Positions 7,794 through 17,350 of a stretch of 64,000 bases of DNA are shown here, one piece after another. The stretch is taken from positions 260,678 to 324,677 of the forward strand of contig JBDTZG010000001.1 in the NCBI GenBank assembly GCA_040005235.1, written 5' to 3'. The DNA comes from Acidobacteriota bacterium. Lineage in GTDB: Bacteria; Acidobacteriota; Thermoanaerobaculia; Multivoradales; UBA5704. The position numbers were made by a program, and so were the translations under genes. The notes beneath the pieces were generated by a model. That model searched no databases. It saw only the letters and a program-made list of their open reading frames with translations, and had not been told where the DNA came from. Within the stretch, counting starts at the first letter, position 1. The number at the start of each line of letters is the position of its first letter.

Positions 7794-10334
7794 TTGCGTA
7801 AACCACCCTCAGACGACGCGCCTTCGCGGCGCGCGCCGAAGGAATCTTTCGGTGTCCCCCAGAACGCCGTCGTTTCTGCGGCGCCGGCCGCGGGCCCGGG
7901 AGCCGACCGGTTTGTCTGCATCCACGGGCACTTCTATCAACCCCCGCGGGAAAACCCCTGGCTCGAAGCGATCGAGCGGCAGCCTTCGGCGCGGCCGTAC
8001 CACGATTGGAACGAGCGGATCAGCGCGGAGTGCTATGCCGTCAACGCGCGGGCTCGGGTGTTGGACGAACGGGGACGGCTGGTGCGGCTGCTCGACAACT
8101 ACTCGCGGATCAGCTTCAACTTCGGCCCGACGCTGCTCGCCTGGATGGAGCGGGCCGATCCGGAGACCTATGCCGCGATCCTTGGCGCCGACCGGAAGAG
8201 CGTCGAGCGCTCGGGGCACGGCGCGGCGCTCGCGCAGGCGCATGGCCATTTGATCCTGCCGTTGGCGAACACGCGCGACAAGCGGACGCAGGTACTCTGG
8301 GGGATCGCTGACTTCCGTCATCGGTTCGGCCGCGCTCCCGAGGGGATGTGGCTCGCGGAGACCGCGGTCGACGTCGAGACGCTGGAGGTGCTCGCGGAGT
8401 GCGGCATCAAGTTCACGATCTTGGCTCCGCATCAGGCGGCCCGGGTGCGCCCGACGGGGGAGAAGACCTGGCGGGAGGTGCCGGGCGCCTCGATCGATCC
8501 CTCGCGCGCTTACTCTGCGGTGCTCCCTTCGGGGCGCGAGATCGCCTTGTTCTTCTACGACGGGCCGCTCTCCCGCTCGATCGCGTTCGAGGGGATGCTC
8601 CACAGCGGCGACCTGTTCGCCGAGCAGCTGGCCGGGGCGTTTCCCTTGCGGGGTGGGGCGAAGCTGGTCCATGTCGCGACCGACGGCGAGAGCTACGGCC
8701 ATCACCATCGGCACGGCGAGATGGCGCTCGCCGCCACTCTGTTGCGTCTGGAAGGGCGCGGTCTCGCGCAAGTGGTCCATTACGGCGAATTTCTGGCGCT
8801 TCATCCGTCGGAGTGGCAGGTCGAGATCGTACCGAACACCTCGTGGAGCTGCGCCCACGGCATCGAGCGGTGGCGCTCGGATTGCGGCTGCAACGCGGGG
8901 GGCGGCCCGGGATGGAACCAGACCTGGCGCGCGCCGCTGCGCCAGGCGCTCGACGACCTGCGCGACCGGTTGGCGGTGCGCTATGAGCGCGCCGCGGTCG
9001 ACCTGCTTTTCGACCCATGGCGGGCGCGCGACGCTTATATCGACGTCGTGCTCGACCGCTCGGAAACAACGCTCGACCAGTTCCTCGCGGCCCAAGCGCG
9101 CTGGCCGCTCAAAGCGGCCGAGCGGGTGCGGGTGAGAAAGCTCCTTGAGCTGGAGCGCCAGGCCATGGCGATGTTTACCAGCTGCGGCTGGTTCTTCAGC
9201 GACCTCGCCGGGATCGAGACGCGCCAGGTGTTGCTCCATGCCGGGCGGGCGATCGAGCTGGCGGAAGAGCTATTGGGCGAGCCGTTCGAGCCGGAGTTTT
9301 TAGCGGCCCTCGCCGCCGCGCGGAGCAACGACCCGAAGTTCGGCGATGGGCGGGCGATCTATCAGGCATCGGTCAAGCCGGCGCGCGTGGCGCTTTCGGC
9401 GGTCGCCGCCCACGATGCGATTGCCGCGCTGTTCTCTCGCCCCGCCGAGGCCGCCGAGCCGGGGTTGGAAGAAGGGCGGATCTACGCCTTTACCGTCGCC
9501 CGCCGGATCTTGAGGCGCGGCAACGGCGGGCCGCTCAAGCTGCTGCTCGCCGAGGTGGACGTCACCTCCGAAATCACCGGCGAAAGCGGCGGGTTCACCT
9601 ACGCGGCGTTCGCCTGGGGCGACCCGAACGTCCAAGTAGGGGTTCGGCCGCGCCTCGGACCGGCGCTCGAGCCGCAAGAGATCGCCGAGGTCGAAGAGGC
9701 GCTCCGGCTGGCCGATCCGGCGCAGGTGGTGCGCTGGCTCGACCGGCGGTTTCCGGTCCAGCACGCGCTCGACGCCCTGTTCGGCGACGACCGCGAGCGG
9801 CTGCTCGAGCGGATCCTGCGCGCGACGATCGAAGAGGTGGAAGGCCAGGGGCGCGAACAGTTCGAGCGCCACGCCCCGCTGATGCGCCGGCTGGCCGGAG
9901 TGGGTCTCGCCTTGCCCGGTGCGCTCCGGAGCGCGGCCGAGATGGCGATCTACGCCGAGTTGAAGCACGCCTTGCGCGATGCGGGGAGCGATCTCGCCGA
10001 GATCCGCCGTCGGCTGATCGAGGTACGCGATTGGGGTCTGGCGCTCGATCGCGAGGGGGTGCGCTACCTGCTGGAGCCGGCGATGACGGCGCAAGCCGAG
10101 CGGCTGCGTCGCGATCCACTCGACGCCGGGGCGGCGATCCGGCTGGAGGCGCTGCTCGACCTGGCGGGCGCGCTGCCGTTCGCGCTCGACCATCTGCCGA
10201 CCCAGGTCGCCCTCTATCGGCTGTTCGAGGAGCGCGCCGACCTGCTGGTCGAGCGGGCGGAGGAGGATCGGGAGGGGGCCGAGGCCCTCGCGCGGCTGGA
10301 GCGGTTGGCCGAGCGGCTGGCGATTCGACTTTGA
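7794..10334 (+). CDS. Glycoside hydrolase family 57 / DUF3536 protein (start uncertain)
   Basis: CIHGHFYQPPRENPW, SFNFGPTLL, PEGMWLAETAVD, ATDGESYGHH, TSWSCAHGIERW, MFTSCGWFF. Confidence 0.9.
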   Translation: MRKPPSDDAPSRRAPKESFGVPQNAVVSAAPAAGPGADRFVCIHGHFYQPPRENPWLEAIERQPSARPYHDWNERISAECYAVNARARVLDERGRLVRLLDNYSRISFNFGPTLLAWMERADPETYAAILGADRKSVERSGHGAALAQAHGHLILPLANTRDKRTQVLWGIADFRHRFGRAPEGMWLAETAVDVETLEVLAECGIKFTILAPHQAARVRPTGEKTWREVPGASIDPSRAYSAVLPSGREIALFFYDGPLSRSIAFEGMLHSGDLFAEQLAGAFPLRGGAKLVHVATDGESYGHHHRHGEMALAATLLRLEGRGLAQVVHYGEFLALHPSEWQVEIVPNTSWSCAHGIERWRSDCGCNAGGGPGWNQTWRAPLRQALDDLRDRLAVRYERAAVDLLFDPWRARDAYIDVVLDRSETTLDQFLAAQARWPLKAAERVRVRKLLELERQAMAMFTSCGWFFSDLAGIETRQVLLHAGRAIELAEELLGEPFEPEFLAALAAARSNDPKFGDGRAIYQASVKPARVALSAVAAHDAIAALFSRPAEAAEPGLEEGRIYAFTVARRILRRGNGGPLKLLLAEVDVTSEITGESGGFTYAAFAWGDPNVQVGVRPRLGPALEPQEIAEVEEALRLADPAQVVRWLDRRFPVQHALDALFGDDRERLLERILRATIEEVEGQGREQFERHAPLMRRLAGVGLALPGALRSAAEMAIYAELKHALRDAGSDLAEIRRRLIEVRDWGLALDREGVRYLLEPAMTAQAERLRRDPLDAGAAIRLEALLDLAGALPFALDHLPTQVALYRLFEERADLLVERAEEDREGAEALARLERLAERLAIRL

Positions 10335-10398
10335 TGCCGCGCCAAAAACCGGCGTCCGGCCAATCCGGCAGGTCGGAAAGCGCGCCAGAAAGACATCC

Positions 10399-10431
10399 AG
10401 AAACGAGAAGACCCCCCTCGGAAGGGGGGTC
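10399..10431 (-). terminator. Rho-independent terminator
   Basis: Hairpin gacccccct-cgga-aggggggtc (10410-10431), followed on the minus strand by TTCTCGTTTCT. Confidence 0.7.
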
Positions 10432-10596
10432 GATACGGGGTTGGTTCCGTCTCTCCGGTGGGATTTTTGGCTTCACCCCTGTAGACAAGGGGAATTCGGA
10501 GGACTGTGAGACGGGGTGAGATCGTGAGATCTCTTTTTTAGGTGGGATGGTAGTTGGTAGGTCGGTTCCTTCCCCGTGGGATATCTCGTTGACTGA
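10399..10596 (-). ncRNA. Putative sigma54-dependent small RNA (~190 nt) with repeated RUCYCAC motifs
   Basis: Lies between a sigma54 promoter (10608-10623) and a terminator (10399-10431); lower GC than the flanking genes; no credible ORF; six GTGRGAY copies on the + strand. Confidence 0.55.
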
Positions 10597-10607
10597 CTTT
10601 CACTAGA

Positions 10608-10623
10608 AGCAAGCGGTGTGCCA
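10608..10623 (-). promoter_or_regulatory. Sigma54 (-24/-12) promoter
   Basis: Minus strand TGGCACACCGCTTGCT matches TGGCAC-N5-TTGC(A/T). Confidence 0.75.
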
Positions 10624-10651
10624 GGTCGATTCGCCGCTTCCGAGGGTCTCT

Positions 10652-12355
10652 TTACTCCCGACGGGACAGCAGGAATCGGACCAGGAACCCTGCCGACAGC
10701 GCCCCGGGCAGCAGCGCCCATAGATTGCCCGCGGTGCCCAAAAGGGCCGCCGCGATGGCCAGGCTCCCGGCCAGAACGGCCCAACTGAGGCGCTGCATCA
10801 CTTTCTCCATCCGCACGGCGATGCGGCGCGCCTCCCGGCCGGGCTCGCTGCGGATCTGGAGGGCGCCCCTTTCCGCGCGCGCCAGGAAGGCATCGAGCCG
10901 GCGCGGCAGACCGAACGCCGACCGTGCGCCGGCCCAGACCTCGGCAAGTTGGGCGGCAAAATCGCGCGATATCTCTTCTTTGGCGATCCGCTCGGCGAAC
11001 GGCAGCGCCTCGGCCCAGGGGTCGAAATCGGGATCTAGACCGGTGGCGAGCCCTGCCAGCAGCCCCACCGCGCGCGACACGAACAACAGCTCCACCTGCA
11101 CCTGAAACGGCATTTCGTACAGTAGGTCGCGGTACTTCCGCAGAAAATACCGAGCTTCGGACATGGCGACGTCGCGCAGCTTGCCGACGCTCACGCCCCA
11201 GAACCGGGCGAACAGCTCGGCGTGGACCTCCTCCAATCGGTCGAGGTCGGCGTCTGGCAGCAGCACGCCCGCCGCGGCGTAGGACTGGACCAGTCGCGCG
11301 GCGTCCCGCGTGCCCAGGGCGATCGCGTATTCGCGGAGCGCGCCGCGCAGGTGGGACGGGACGGTCGCCATCATGCCGAAGTCGATGTAGATGATCCTGA
11401 ACGGCCGTCCCGTGCCGGTCTCCGGCGGCGGATCGTCATCGTCGTCTAAAGGCCGGACGAACAGATTGCCCGGGTGGGGGTCAGCGTGGACGAACGACAG
11501 CTCGAAGATCTGGCGCATGGTCGAGCGGAACAGCCGGCGCGCGACTGCGGCCGGATCGATCCCGGCCTCGATCAGCCCGGCGCGGTCATTCACCTTGAGT
11601 GCGGTGACGTTCTCGGCCGCGAGCACCCGGCGGGACGACGCTTCGCGAAAGATTCGCGGCGCGCCAATCCCGGGATCGGCGGCGAACAGCTCGGCGAAGC
11701 GTTCCGCGTTGTCCGCCTCCTTCACGAGGTCGAGTTCCGCGCGCGTGGTGGTCGAAATCTCCTCGGCGAGCCGTTCGAGGTCGACCCGGCGGCGGATCTT
11801 CCGGGAGGCCCGGAGCAGGCGGATCGCAAGCGCCGCCGCCGCGAGATCCGTCTCGACCAGGATCTCGATCCCAGGACGGAGCACCTTGACCACCGCGGCC
11901 CGGCCGTCCAAGAGGGTCGCCGGATGGACCTGAGCAAGCGACGCGGCGCCGAGGACTTGCGGCGAGACCTCGGAAAACGGCGAGCGGCCGGGAAACTCTT
12001 CCTCGATCCGCGCCTGGATGGCGGCGAACGGGGCTGGAGGCACCTCGTCCTGGAGCCCGGCCAGCTCCGCGGCGATCTCCGCGGGGAGGATGTCCACCCG
12101 GGTGCTCAGGAATTGGCCGATCTTGATCAGCACCCCGCCCATCTCGGCCGCGAGCCCGCGATACCTCCGGGCGATCGCCAGCCAGCGCTCGGCGGGAGAG
12201 CGGCGCAAGGGGGCGAGCGGGGGAAACGCCAAAATCACGTCCCACCAGAACGCATGGACGAACGTCCGCAGCACGAACCGGCGCAACTTTCGATACCGGC
12301 GCCGATCGCGGGCCGGCGGGGGAGAGGGCGAGGGATCTGAAATTGTCGGGGTCAA
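10652..12355 (-). CDS. AarF/ABC1/UbiB family atypical kinase
   Basis: GGVLIKIGQFLSTRVDILP, LQDEVPP, AASLAQVH, VVKVLRPG, HADPHPGN, IDFGM; C-terminal TM segments. Confidence 0.92.
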   Translation of the reverse strand: MTPTISDPSPSPPPARDRRRYRKLRRFVLRTFVHAFWWDVILAFPPLAPLRRSPAERWLAIARRYRGLAAEMGGVLIKIGQFLSTRVDILPAEIAAELAGLQDEVPPAPFAAIQARIEEEFPGRSPFSEVSPQVLGAASLAQVHPATLLDGRAAVVKVLRPGIEILVETDLAAAALAIRLLRASRKIRRRVDLERLAEEISTTTRAELDLVKEADNAERFAELFAADPGIGAPRIFREASSRRVLAAENVTALKVNDRAGLIEAGIDPAAVARRLFRSTMRQIFELSFVHADPHPGNLFVRPLDDDDDPPPETGTGRPFRIIYIDFGMMATVPSHLRGALREYAIALGTRDAARLVQSYAAAGVLLPDADLDRLEEVHAELFARFWGVSVGKLRDVAMSEARYFLRKYRDLLYEMPFQVQVELLFVSRAVGLLAGLATGLDPDFDPWAEALPFAERIAKEEISRDFAAQLAEVWAGARSAFGLPRRLDAFLARAERGALQIRSEPGREARRIAVRMEKVMQRLSWAVLAGSLAIAAALLGTAGNLWALLPGALSAGFLVRFLLSRRE

Positions 12356-12395
12356 GGGCTTAAGGCTCGCTACCGTTGTGGCAGGATTGTCGCCG

Positions 12396-13250
12396 ATGTT
12401 CGCTCCGCCAACGACCGCCGCAGGCCCTCGGGGTGACGCGCCGTCCTCTCGAGATGACGGGCTCGTCCTCCGCTCGCTCGATACGCCGGAAGATTTTCAC
12501 GCCTGTGTCGAGCTGCAACGCGCGACTTGGGGGCTGCATTTCAGCGACTTGGTTCCGGCGAGCCTGCTCAAGGTGAGCCAGAAGGTGGGAGGGCTCGCCA
12601 TAGGAGCCTTCGATCCGTCCGGGGCGATGCTCGGTTTCCTGTTCGGCCTCTCCGGCGTGGTCGGCGGCCGGCCGGCGCACTGGTCGCACATGCTGGCGGT
12701 CGTTCCCGCCGCCCGCGACCGGGGTCTCGGAGTTCGGCTCAAGCGCCACCAGCGCGAAGTCCTGCTCGAACAGGGGGTCGAGGTCGTCCGCTGGACCTTC
12801 GATCCGCTCGAGGCGAGAAACGCCCACCTGAACCTCGACCGCCTGGGCGCGGGCGTCGAAAGCTACGTCGAAGAGATGTACGCGGGCGAAGAAGGCTCCG
12901 ACCTCGCCGAGGGGATCGGCACCGACCGCTTCATCGTCCGCTGGGACCTCGCCTCGAAACGTGCCGAAGAGGCGCTCGCGGGCCGGCTGCCGAAAGACCC
13001 GGAGCGCTACGCGGACTCAGCCGTCGTCTCACCGGAGAACGGGATGGACGATCCGCTCCCCGAAGCGCTCCATGTCCGGATTGAAGTTCCGCGCTCAATC
13101 CAGGATCTCAAAGCCGCCAACCTCGACCGCGCCGCCGCCTTCCGGACCTCCACCCGCCGGGCCTTCGAGCACTACCTCGCGGTGGGCTATCGGGCGGACA
13201 CGCTGCTCGCCGAAGGGGATCGGCGATTTTATGGATTGGTGCGGACGTAA
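12396..13250 (+). CDS. GNAT acyltransferase (probable D-amino acid N-succinyltransferase type)
   Basis: HWSHMLAV...RDRGLGVRLK...WTFDPLEARNAHLN...LGA; directly upstream of OSBS/NSAR. ATG 12396 preferred to 12018, which overlaps the aarF gene. Confidence 0.8.
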   Translation: MFAPPTTAAGPRGDAPSSRDDGLVLRSLDTPEDFHACVELQRATWGLHFSDLVPASLLKVSQKVGGLAIGAFDPSGAMLGFLFGLSGVVGGRPAHWSHMLAVVPAARDRGLGVRLKRHQREVLLEQGVEVVRWTFDPLEARNAHLNLDRLGAGVESYVEEMYAGEEGSDLAEGIGTDRFIVRWDLASKRAEEALAGRLPKDPERYADSAVVSPENGMDDPLPEALHVRIEVPRSIQDLKAANLDRAAAFRTSTRRAFEHYLAVGYRADTLLAEGDRRFYGLVRT

Positions 13251-13261
13251 GATCCACCCCT

Positions 13262-14395
13262 ATGCGCCTCACCTCCCTCCATCTCCGCGAGATCCGGATG
13301 CCTCTTATCGAGCCGTTCCGCATCTCTTCGGGCGTTCAGGCGATGCGGCGGATTCTTCTGGTCGCGGCAACGGATGAGGACGGCCGGGTCGGTTGGGGGG
13401 AATGCACGGCGGGGGAGGAGCCGAACTACAGCTCGGAGACGATCGATACGGCTTGGCTGGCGATCCCGGAATGGGTGGCTCCTAGGGTCTTGGGGCGCGA
13501 GATCGGCGGACCGTGTTCGGTGCGGCCGCTTCTGGAGCACAACTTCCGTGGCCATTCGATGGCTAAGGCTGCCGTCGAGGTTGCAGTTTGGGATCTGGAG
13601 GCGCAGCGGCGCGGGCTGCCGCTCGCCGTGCTGATGGGCGAAGGCCGGGGAGAGATCCGCAAGGAGATCGAAGTGGGGATCTCGCTCGGCATTCAGGCGA
13701 GCCCGCGGGATCTGGCGGAGAAGGCGGCGGCTTGCCTCGCGCGTGGTTATCGAAAGATCAAGATCAAGATTGGGCCGGGGGAGGACCTGGACTACCTGGC
13801 CGCGGTACGCGAGGCGCTGGGGAGCGAGGCGCCGCTGATGGCCGACGCCAACAACGCGTACGGCCGCGCCGATTTCGACCGGCTGGTGGCGCTCGACGAG
13901 TTTGACCTGATGATGATCGAACAGCCGCTCGCCTGTGATGACCTATTGCGTCATGCGGAGCTGCAGAAGCGGCTTCTAACCCCCATCTGCCTGGACGAAT
14001 CGATCACCAACCTTGACCGGGCGGAAGACATGGTGGCGCTCGACGCGGGCCGGATCGTCAACATCAAGGTCGGGCGCGTCGGCGGCATCGCCTCGGCCCT
14101 TTCGATCCACGATTTCTGCCGCTCCCGCGGCGTCCCGGTCTGGTGCGGAGGCATGCTCGAATCGGGGATCGGCCGGGCGGTGAACGTCGCCCTCGCGGCG
14201 CTTCCCGGATTCACCATACCAGGTGACATCTCGCCGTCTGAGCGCTACTGGGAGCGCGACGTCGTCACCCCCGAATGGACGATGGACGGGCACGGCCGCA
14301 TCCGCGTACCCGCCCGGCCGGGGCTCGGGGTCGCGGTCGACCTCGACCGGATCGAAGATCTCACCGCGCGCGCCGAGGTGCTCCGAACGACCTGA
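13262..14395 (+). CDS. menC: o-succinylbenzoate synthase / N-succinylamino acid racemase (enolase superfamily)
   Basis: KIKIK, DAN, EQPL, LDESI, NIKVGRVGG, WCGGMLESGIGRA, PGDISPS. Confidence 0.88.
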   Translation: MRLTSLHLREIRMPLIEPFRISSGVQAMRRILLVAATDEDGRVGWGECTAGEEPNYSSETIDTAWLAIPEWVAPRVLGREIGGPCSVRPLLEHNFRGHSMAKAAVEVAVWDLEAQRRGLPLAVLMGEGRGEIRKEIEVGISLGIQASPRDLAEKAAACLARGYRKIKIKIGPGEDLDYLAAVREALGSEAPLMADANNAYGRADFDRLVALDEFDLMMIEQPLACDDLLRHAELQKRLLTPICLDESITNLDRAEDMVALDAGRIVNIKVGRVGGIASALSIHDFCRSRGVPVWCGGMLESGIGRAVNVALAALPGFTIPGDISPSERYWERDVVTPEWTMDGHGRIRVPARPGLGVAVDLDRIEDLTARAEVLRTT

Positions 14396-14410
14396 ATGGG
14401 GGAGAGGCGA

Positions 14411-14436
14411 CGTGGGGCGAGGCATGCCTCGCCCCC
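14411..14436. repeat. GTRGGGGCG-type REP-like palindrome
   Basis: cgtggggcgaggcatgcctcgcccc between convergent genes. Confidence 0.6.
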
Positions 14437-14449
14437 GGTCTTGCCGACC

Positions 14450-17179
14450 CTAGAAGTTGTAACGGAAGCCGAGCCGGAACTGGCGCGGCGCGTTGTAGGT
14501 GAGAGGGCTGTTGAAGTTCGAGCCGTCGCGGGTTTCGACCGTGACCGCCCGCCCCTGGTTGGTCGCGTTGAACACGTCCAGGATGATCCCCAGCCGGTCG
14601 CCGCCGATCTTCGGCTGCCACTCGGCGCGAAGGTCCACTTCGTTGCGCGCGGGCAGCCGGCGGCTGCCGCGGCGTTCGCCGTAGTAGCGGAACGCCCCTT
14701 GCTCGAAGTCGAAGCACTCGCCGTCGACCAGCAGGCAGTTGCTGCGCAGGGTGTAGGCCGTTCCTGTGAGGAAGGTGTAGTTGCCCGACAGCGACAGGTT
14801 CAGCTTCGGGATCATGTAGGTCCCTTGGATCTTCACCTGGTGCGTGTTGTCGTTGGTCAAGGCGCCATCGGCGTTGACCAGCGAGTTCGGCGTGTCGAGG
14901 AAGGCTCCCGGTCCGCCATTGCCGCCGCCGGTGCTCGAGAAGCTGACGTTGTCGATCGTTCCCCGCGATTTCGAGTAGACGTAGGAGGCGAGCAGCTGCC
15001 AGTTGTCGCGCAGCCGCCGGGTGAGGGTGACGGTCGCGGCCTTGTAAGTGCGCTTGAGGCCCTTGGGGTTGGTAATCAGGAGGACGTCGTCGGCCGAGTT
15101 CAGGTAGTTGTAGAGCGTCACTTGCTGGCCGGTGCTCACGCGGTCGCCGGTCGCCGGATCGCGCACCCCGACGAAGCCGGTCACCGGCACGAAGACGCCG
15201 TCGCGGCTGACCGTTTCGATGAAGTCCTTGTTCTCCCGGTAGACCAGCGAGGTCGAGAGGGTGAGCCCGGGAGTGAGCTCGCGGTCGTAGCCGATCAGGT
15301 ACTGGTCGAGGTAGGGGTGCTTCAAGTCCTTGTCGATCGCGTATCGGCCACCCGCCCCTTCGACGACCAGATCGGTAAAGCCACTTGGGAAGATCCGCCT
15401 TTGGTCGATGCCGTGGAACGCGTCGGGATCGACCCAGTAGAAGTAGGTGCCGAACAGCGCCTCGTAATAGCGGCCGTAGTGCGCTTTGATCAGGTTCTTG
15501 CCCGAGCCGGTGACGTCCCAGGCGATGCCGATCCGCGGGGCGATCGGGTTGGTCGAATAGACGTTGCCGTTGGTGACGTCGCCGCGGTTCAGGTCGATCC
15601 GGACGCCGGGGTTGATCGTCAGGTTCGAGGTGATCCGCCAGGTGTCCTGGGCATAGGCGGAAACGCGCTTGTTGGTCGCGTGGACATCGTAGTCGCCGCC
15701 GAAATAGCCAAGGGTGTACGGGACGTACTCGTCCGAGCCGGTCCCCGGATCGGGCGCCGTGCCGTAGTTGTCGTAGAACCAGGCTCCCGTAGTGTAGCCG
15801 TAGCGGCTGCGCACCGTCGAGCGCTCGATCTCCATGCCGAACTTGAAGTCGTGATCGCCCTTCAAGAAATCGGCCGCGTGGTGGCTGACCGAGGCGTTCG
15901 CCTGCTGGCGGTCGCGATCGGCCTTGTAGTAGTAGTAAGAGTTGTCGGAGAAATTGGTGCCGTCGTAGCGGCCGGGGATGTTGTATCCCTCGTTCGGATC
16001 GAGGTAGTAGTAGCCGGTAAAGCCGCCGTAGGCGAAATTCCAGATGGTGTCGGACGAAGTCACCTTGTGCGCCGAGAAGTTCCAAACGATCTCCGGCGCG
16101 TCTTCGGTCACCGTCGCTTCAAGCGGCGTCTGCGCGTCGCCGCCGCGGCCGGTGACGTCGAAGCGATCCCACTCGCTCCAGCCGTCGACGCTAAATGACT
16201 CGCTCGGCGCCCACGAGAGCTTGCCGAACACCCTGGGGTCGCGCTCGGTGCGGATCGGTCCGCCGTCCGACGTGTCGTCCGCGACGTACTGGCCGGAGAG
16301 GAAATACCAGAGCCGGTCCTTGGTGATCGGGCCGCCCCACTGGACGTTCGTGTCGTACGACTTGTCGGTCGTCGGAGTGAGCCCGGGGACGTCCGAGTTG
16401 TTGCCGGTGAGCGCGTCGTTCGTGAAGTAGCTCTCGACGCTTCCTTTGATCCGGTTGCCGCCGCTCTTGGTGATGCTGTTGAACACGACCCCGGTAAAGC
16501 CGCCGTATTCGGCCGGCGCACCCAGGCCGACCAGCTGGGCCTCCTCGACGATGTTGAAGTTGACGAACGCCCAGGCGGTGCCCCCTTCGGGGTCCGAGAC
16601 GTCGACGCCGTCGAGCTGGTAGGCATTGGCCGAGGAGCCCCCGCCGCCGAACGCGGAGTCGTTGTTGATCCCGGGCGCCAGGTTGATCACGTCGACCTGA
16701 AAGCGGCTCGCCGGAATGTTTTCAAGGTAAGTGGTCGGCAGGTTGGTGCTGGTGCCGGAGCTTTGGACGTCGATCGTCGGCGCTTCGCCCACGACCACGA
16801 GGGTCTCTTCGAGAGCTTTGATCCCGAGCTTGATCGGCAGCTCCGTCGAGGAGCCGAGCGACAGGGTCACCCCTTCGCGCCGGACGCTCTGGAAGCCTTC
16901 GAGCGAAGCGTTGATGGTGTAGACGCCCGGTGCGATCTCGGGGAAGCGGAAGCGGCCGTCGGAATCGGTGATGGCGGTGCGGGCGCCGCCGATCAACGCG
17001 GGGCTGGAGATTTCGACCGTCACGCCGGGCAGGGCCTCGCCGTCGTCTCCCGCCACGCGGCCGTTGAGCGCGCTGGTGGTTTTGCTCTGAGCCCACAGAT
17101 TGCCCGAGGCGCCCGCGATGAGCAGCAGAGCGGCTGCGGTTCGGGCCAATGTTTTTCGGTGCCGCGACAACATCGACAT
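14450..17179 (-). CDS. TonB-dependent receptor with N-terminal carboxypeptidase-regulatory-like domain (Oar-like)
   Basis: Signal peptide, GEALPGVTV...TDSDGRFRF, GAPAEYGGFTG..N.ITKSGGN, YAQDTW, PRIGIAWD; terminal PRQFRLGFRYNF. Confidence 0.92.
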   Translation of the reverse strand: MSMLSRHRKTLARTAAALLLIAGASGNLWAQSKTTSALNGRVAGDDGEALPGVTVEISSPALIGGARTAITDSDGRFRFPEIAPGVYTINASLEGFQSVRREGVTLSLGSSTELPIKLGIKALEETLVVVGEAPTIDVQSSGTSTNLPTTYLENIPASRFQVDVINLAPGINNDSAFGGGGSSANAYQLDGVDVSDPEGGTAWAFVNFNIVEEAQLVGLGAPAEYGGFTGVVFNSITKSGGNRIKGSVESYFTNDALTGNNSDVPGLTPTTDKSYDTNVQWGGPITKDRLWYFLSGQYVADDTSDGGPIRTERDPRVFGKLSWAPSESFSVDGWSEWDRFDVTGRGGDAQTPLEATVTEDAPEIVWNFSAHKVTSSDTIWNFAYGGFTGYYYLDPNEGYNIPGRYDGTNFSDNSYYYYKADRDRQQANASVSHHAADFLKGDHDFKFGMEIERSTVRSRYGYTTGAWFYDNYGTAPDPGTGSDEYVPYTLGYFGGDYDVHATNKRVSAYAQDTWRITSNLTINPGVRIDLNRGDVTNGNVYSTNPIAPRIGIAWDVTGSGKNLIKAHYGRYYEALFGTYFYWVDPDAFHGIDQRRIFPSGFTDLVVEGAGGRYAIDKDLKHPYLDQYLIGYDRELTPGLTLSTSLVYRENKDFIETVSRDGVFVPVTGFVGVRDPATGDRVSTGQQVTLYNYLNSADDVLLITNPKGLKRTYKAATVTLTRRLRDNWQLLASYVYSKSRGTIDNVSFSSTGGGNGGPGAFLDTPNSLVNADGALTNDNTHQVKIQGTYMIPKLNLSLSGNYTFLTGTAYTLRSNCLLVDGECFDFEQGAFRYYGERRGSRRLPARNEVDLRAEWQPKIGGDRLGIILDVFNATNQGRAVTVETRDGSNFNSPLTYNAPRQFRLGFRYNF

Positions 17180-17350
17180 ACACGCCTCCTCGAAATGGCT
17201 CCCGCCCCCCGAAGGGCCGGGTCCGCGCTTGGGTGGCAGACGAAGAAACCTGGAGCGATCGTAACAGAATCGTCGCGCGAAGGAGGCGGGATGGGACGAG
17301 CGGCGAGCTGGCGGGCGGAGGCTGCCGACTCTGAGCGAAGGGCCTTCTCG

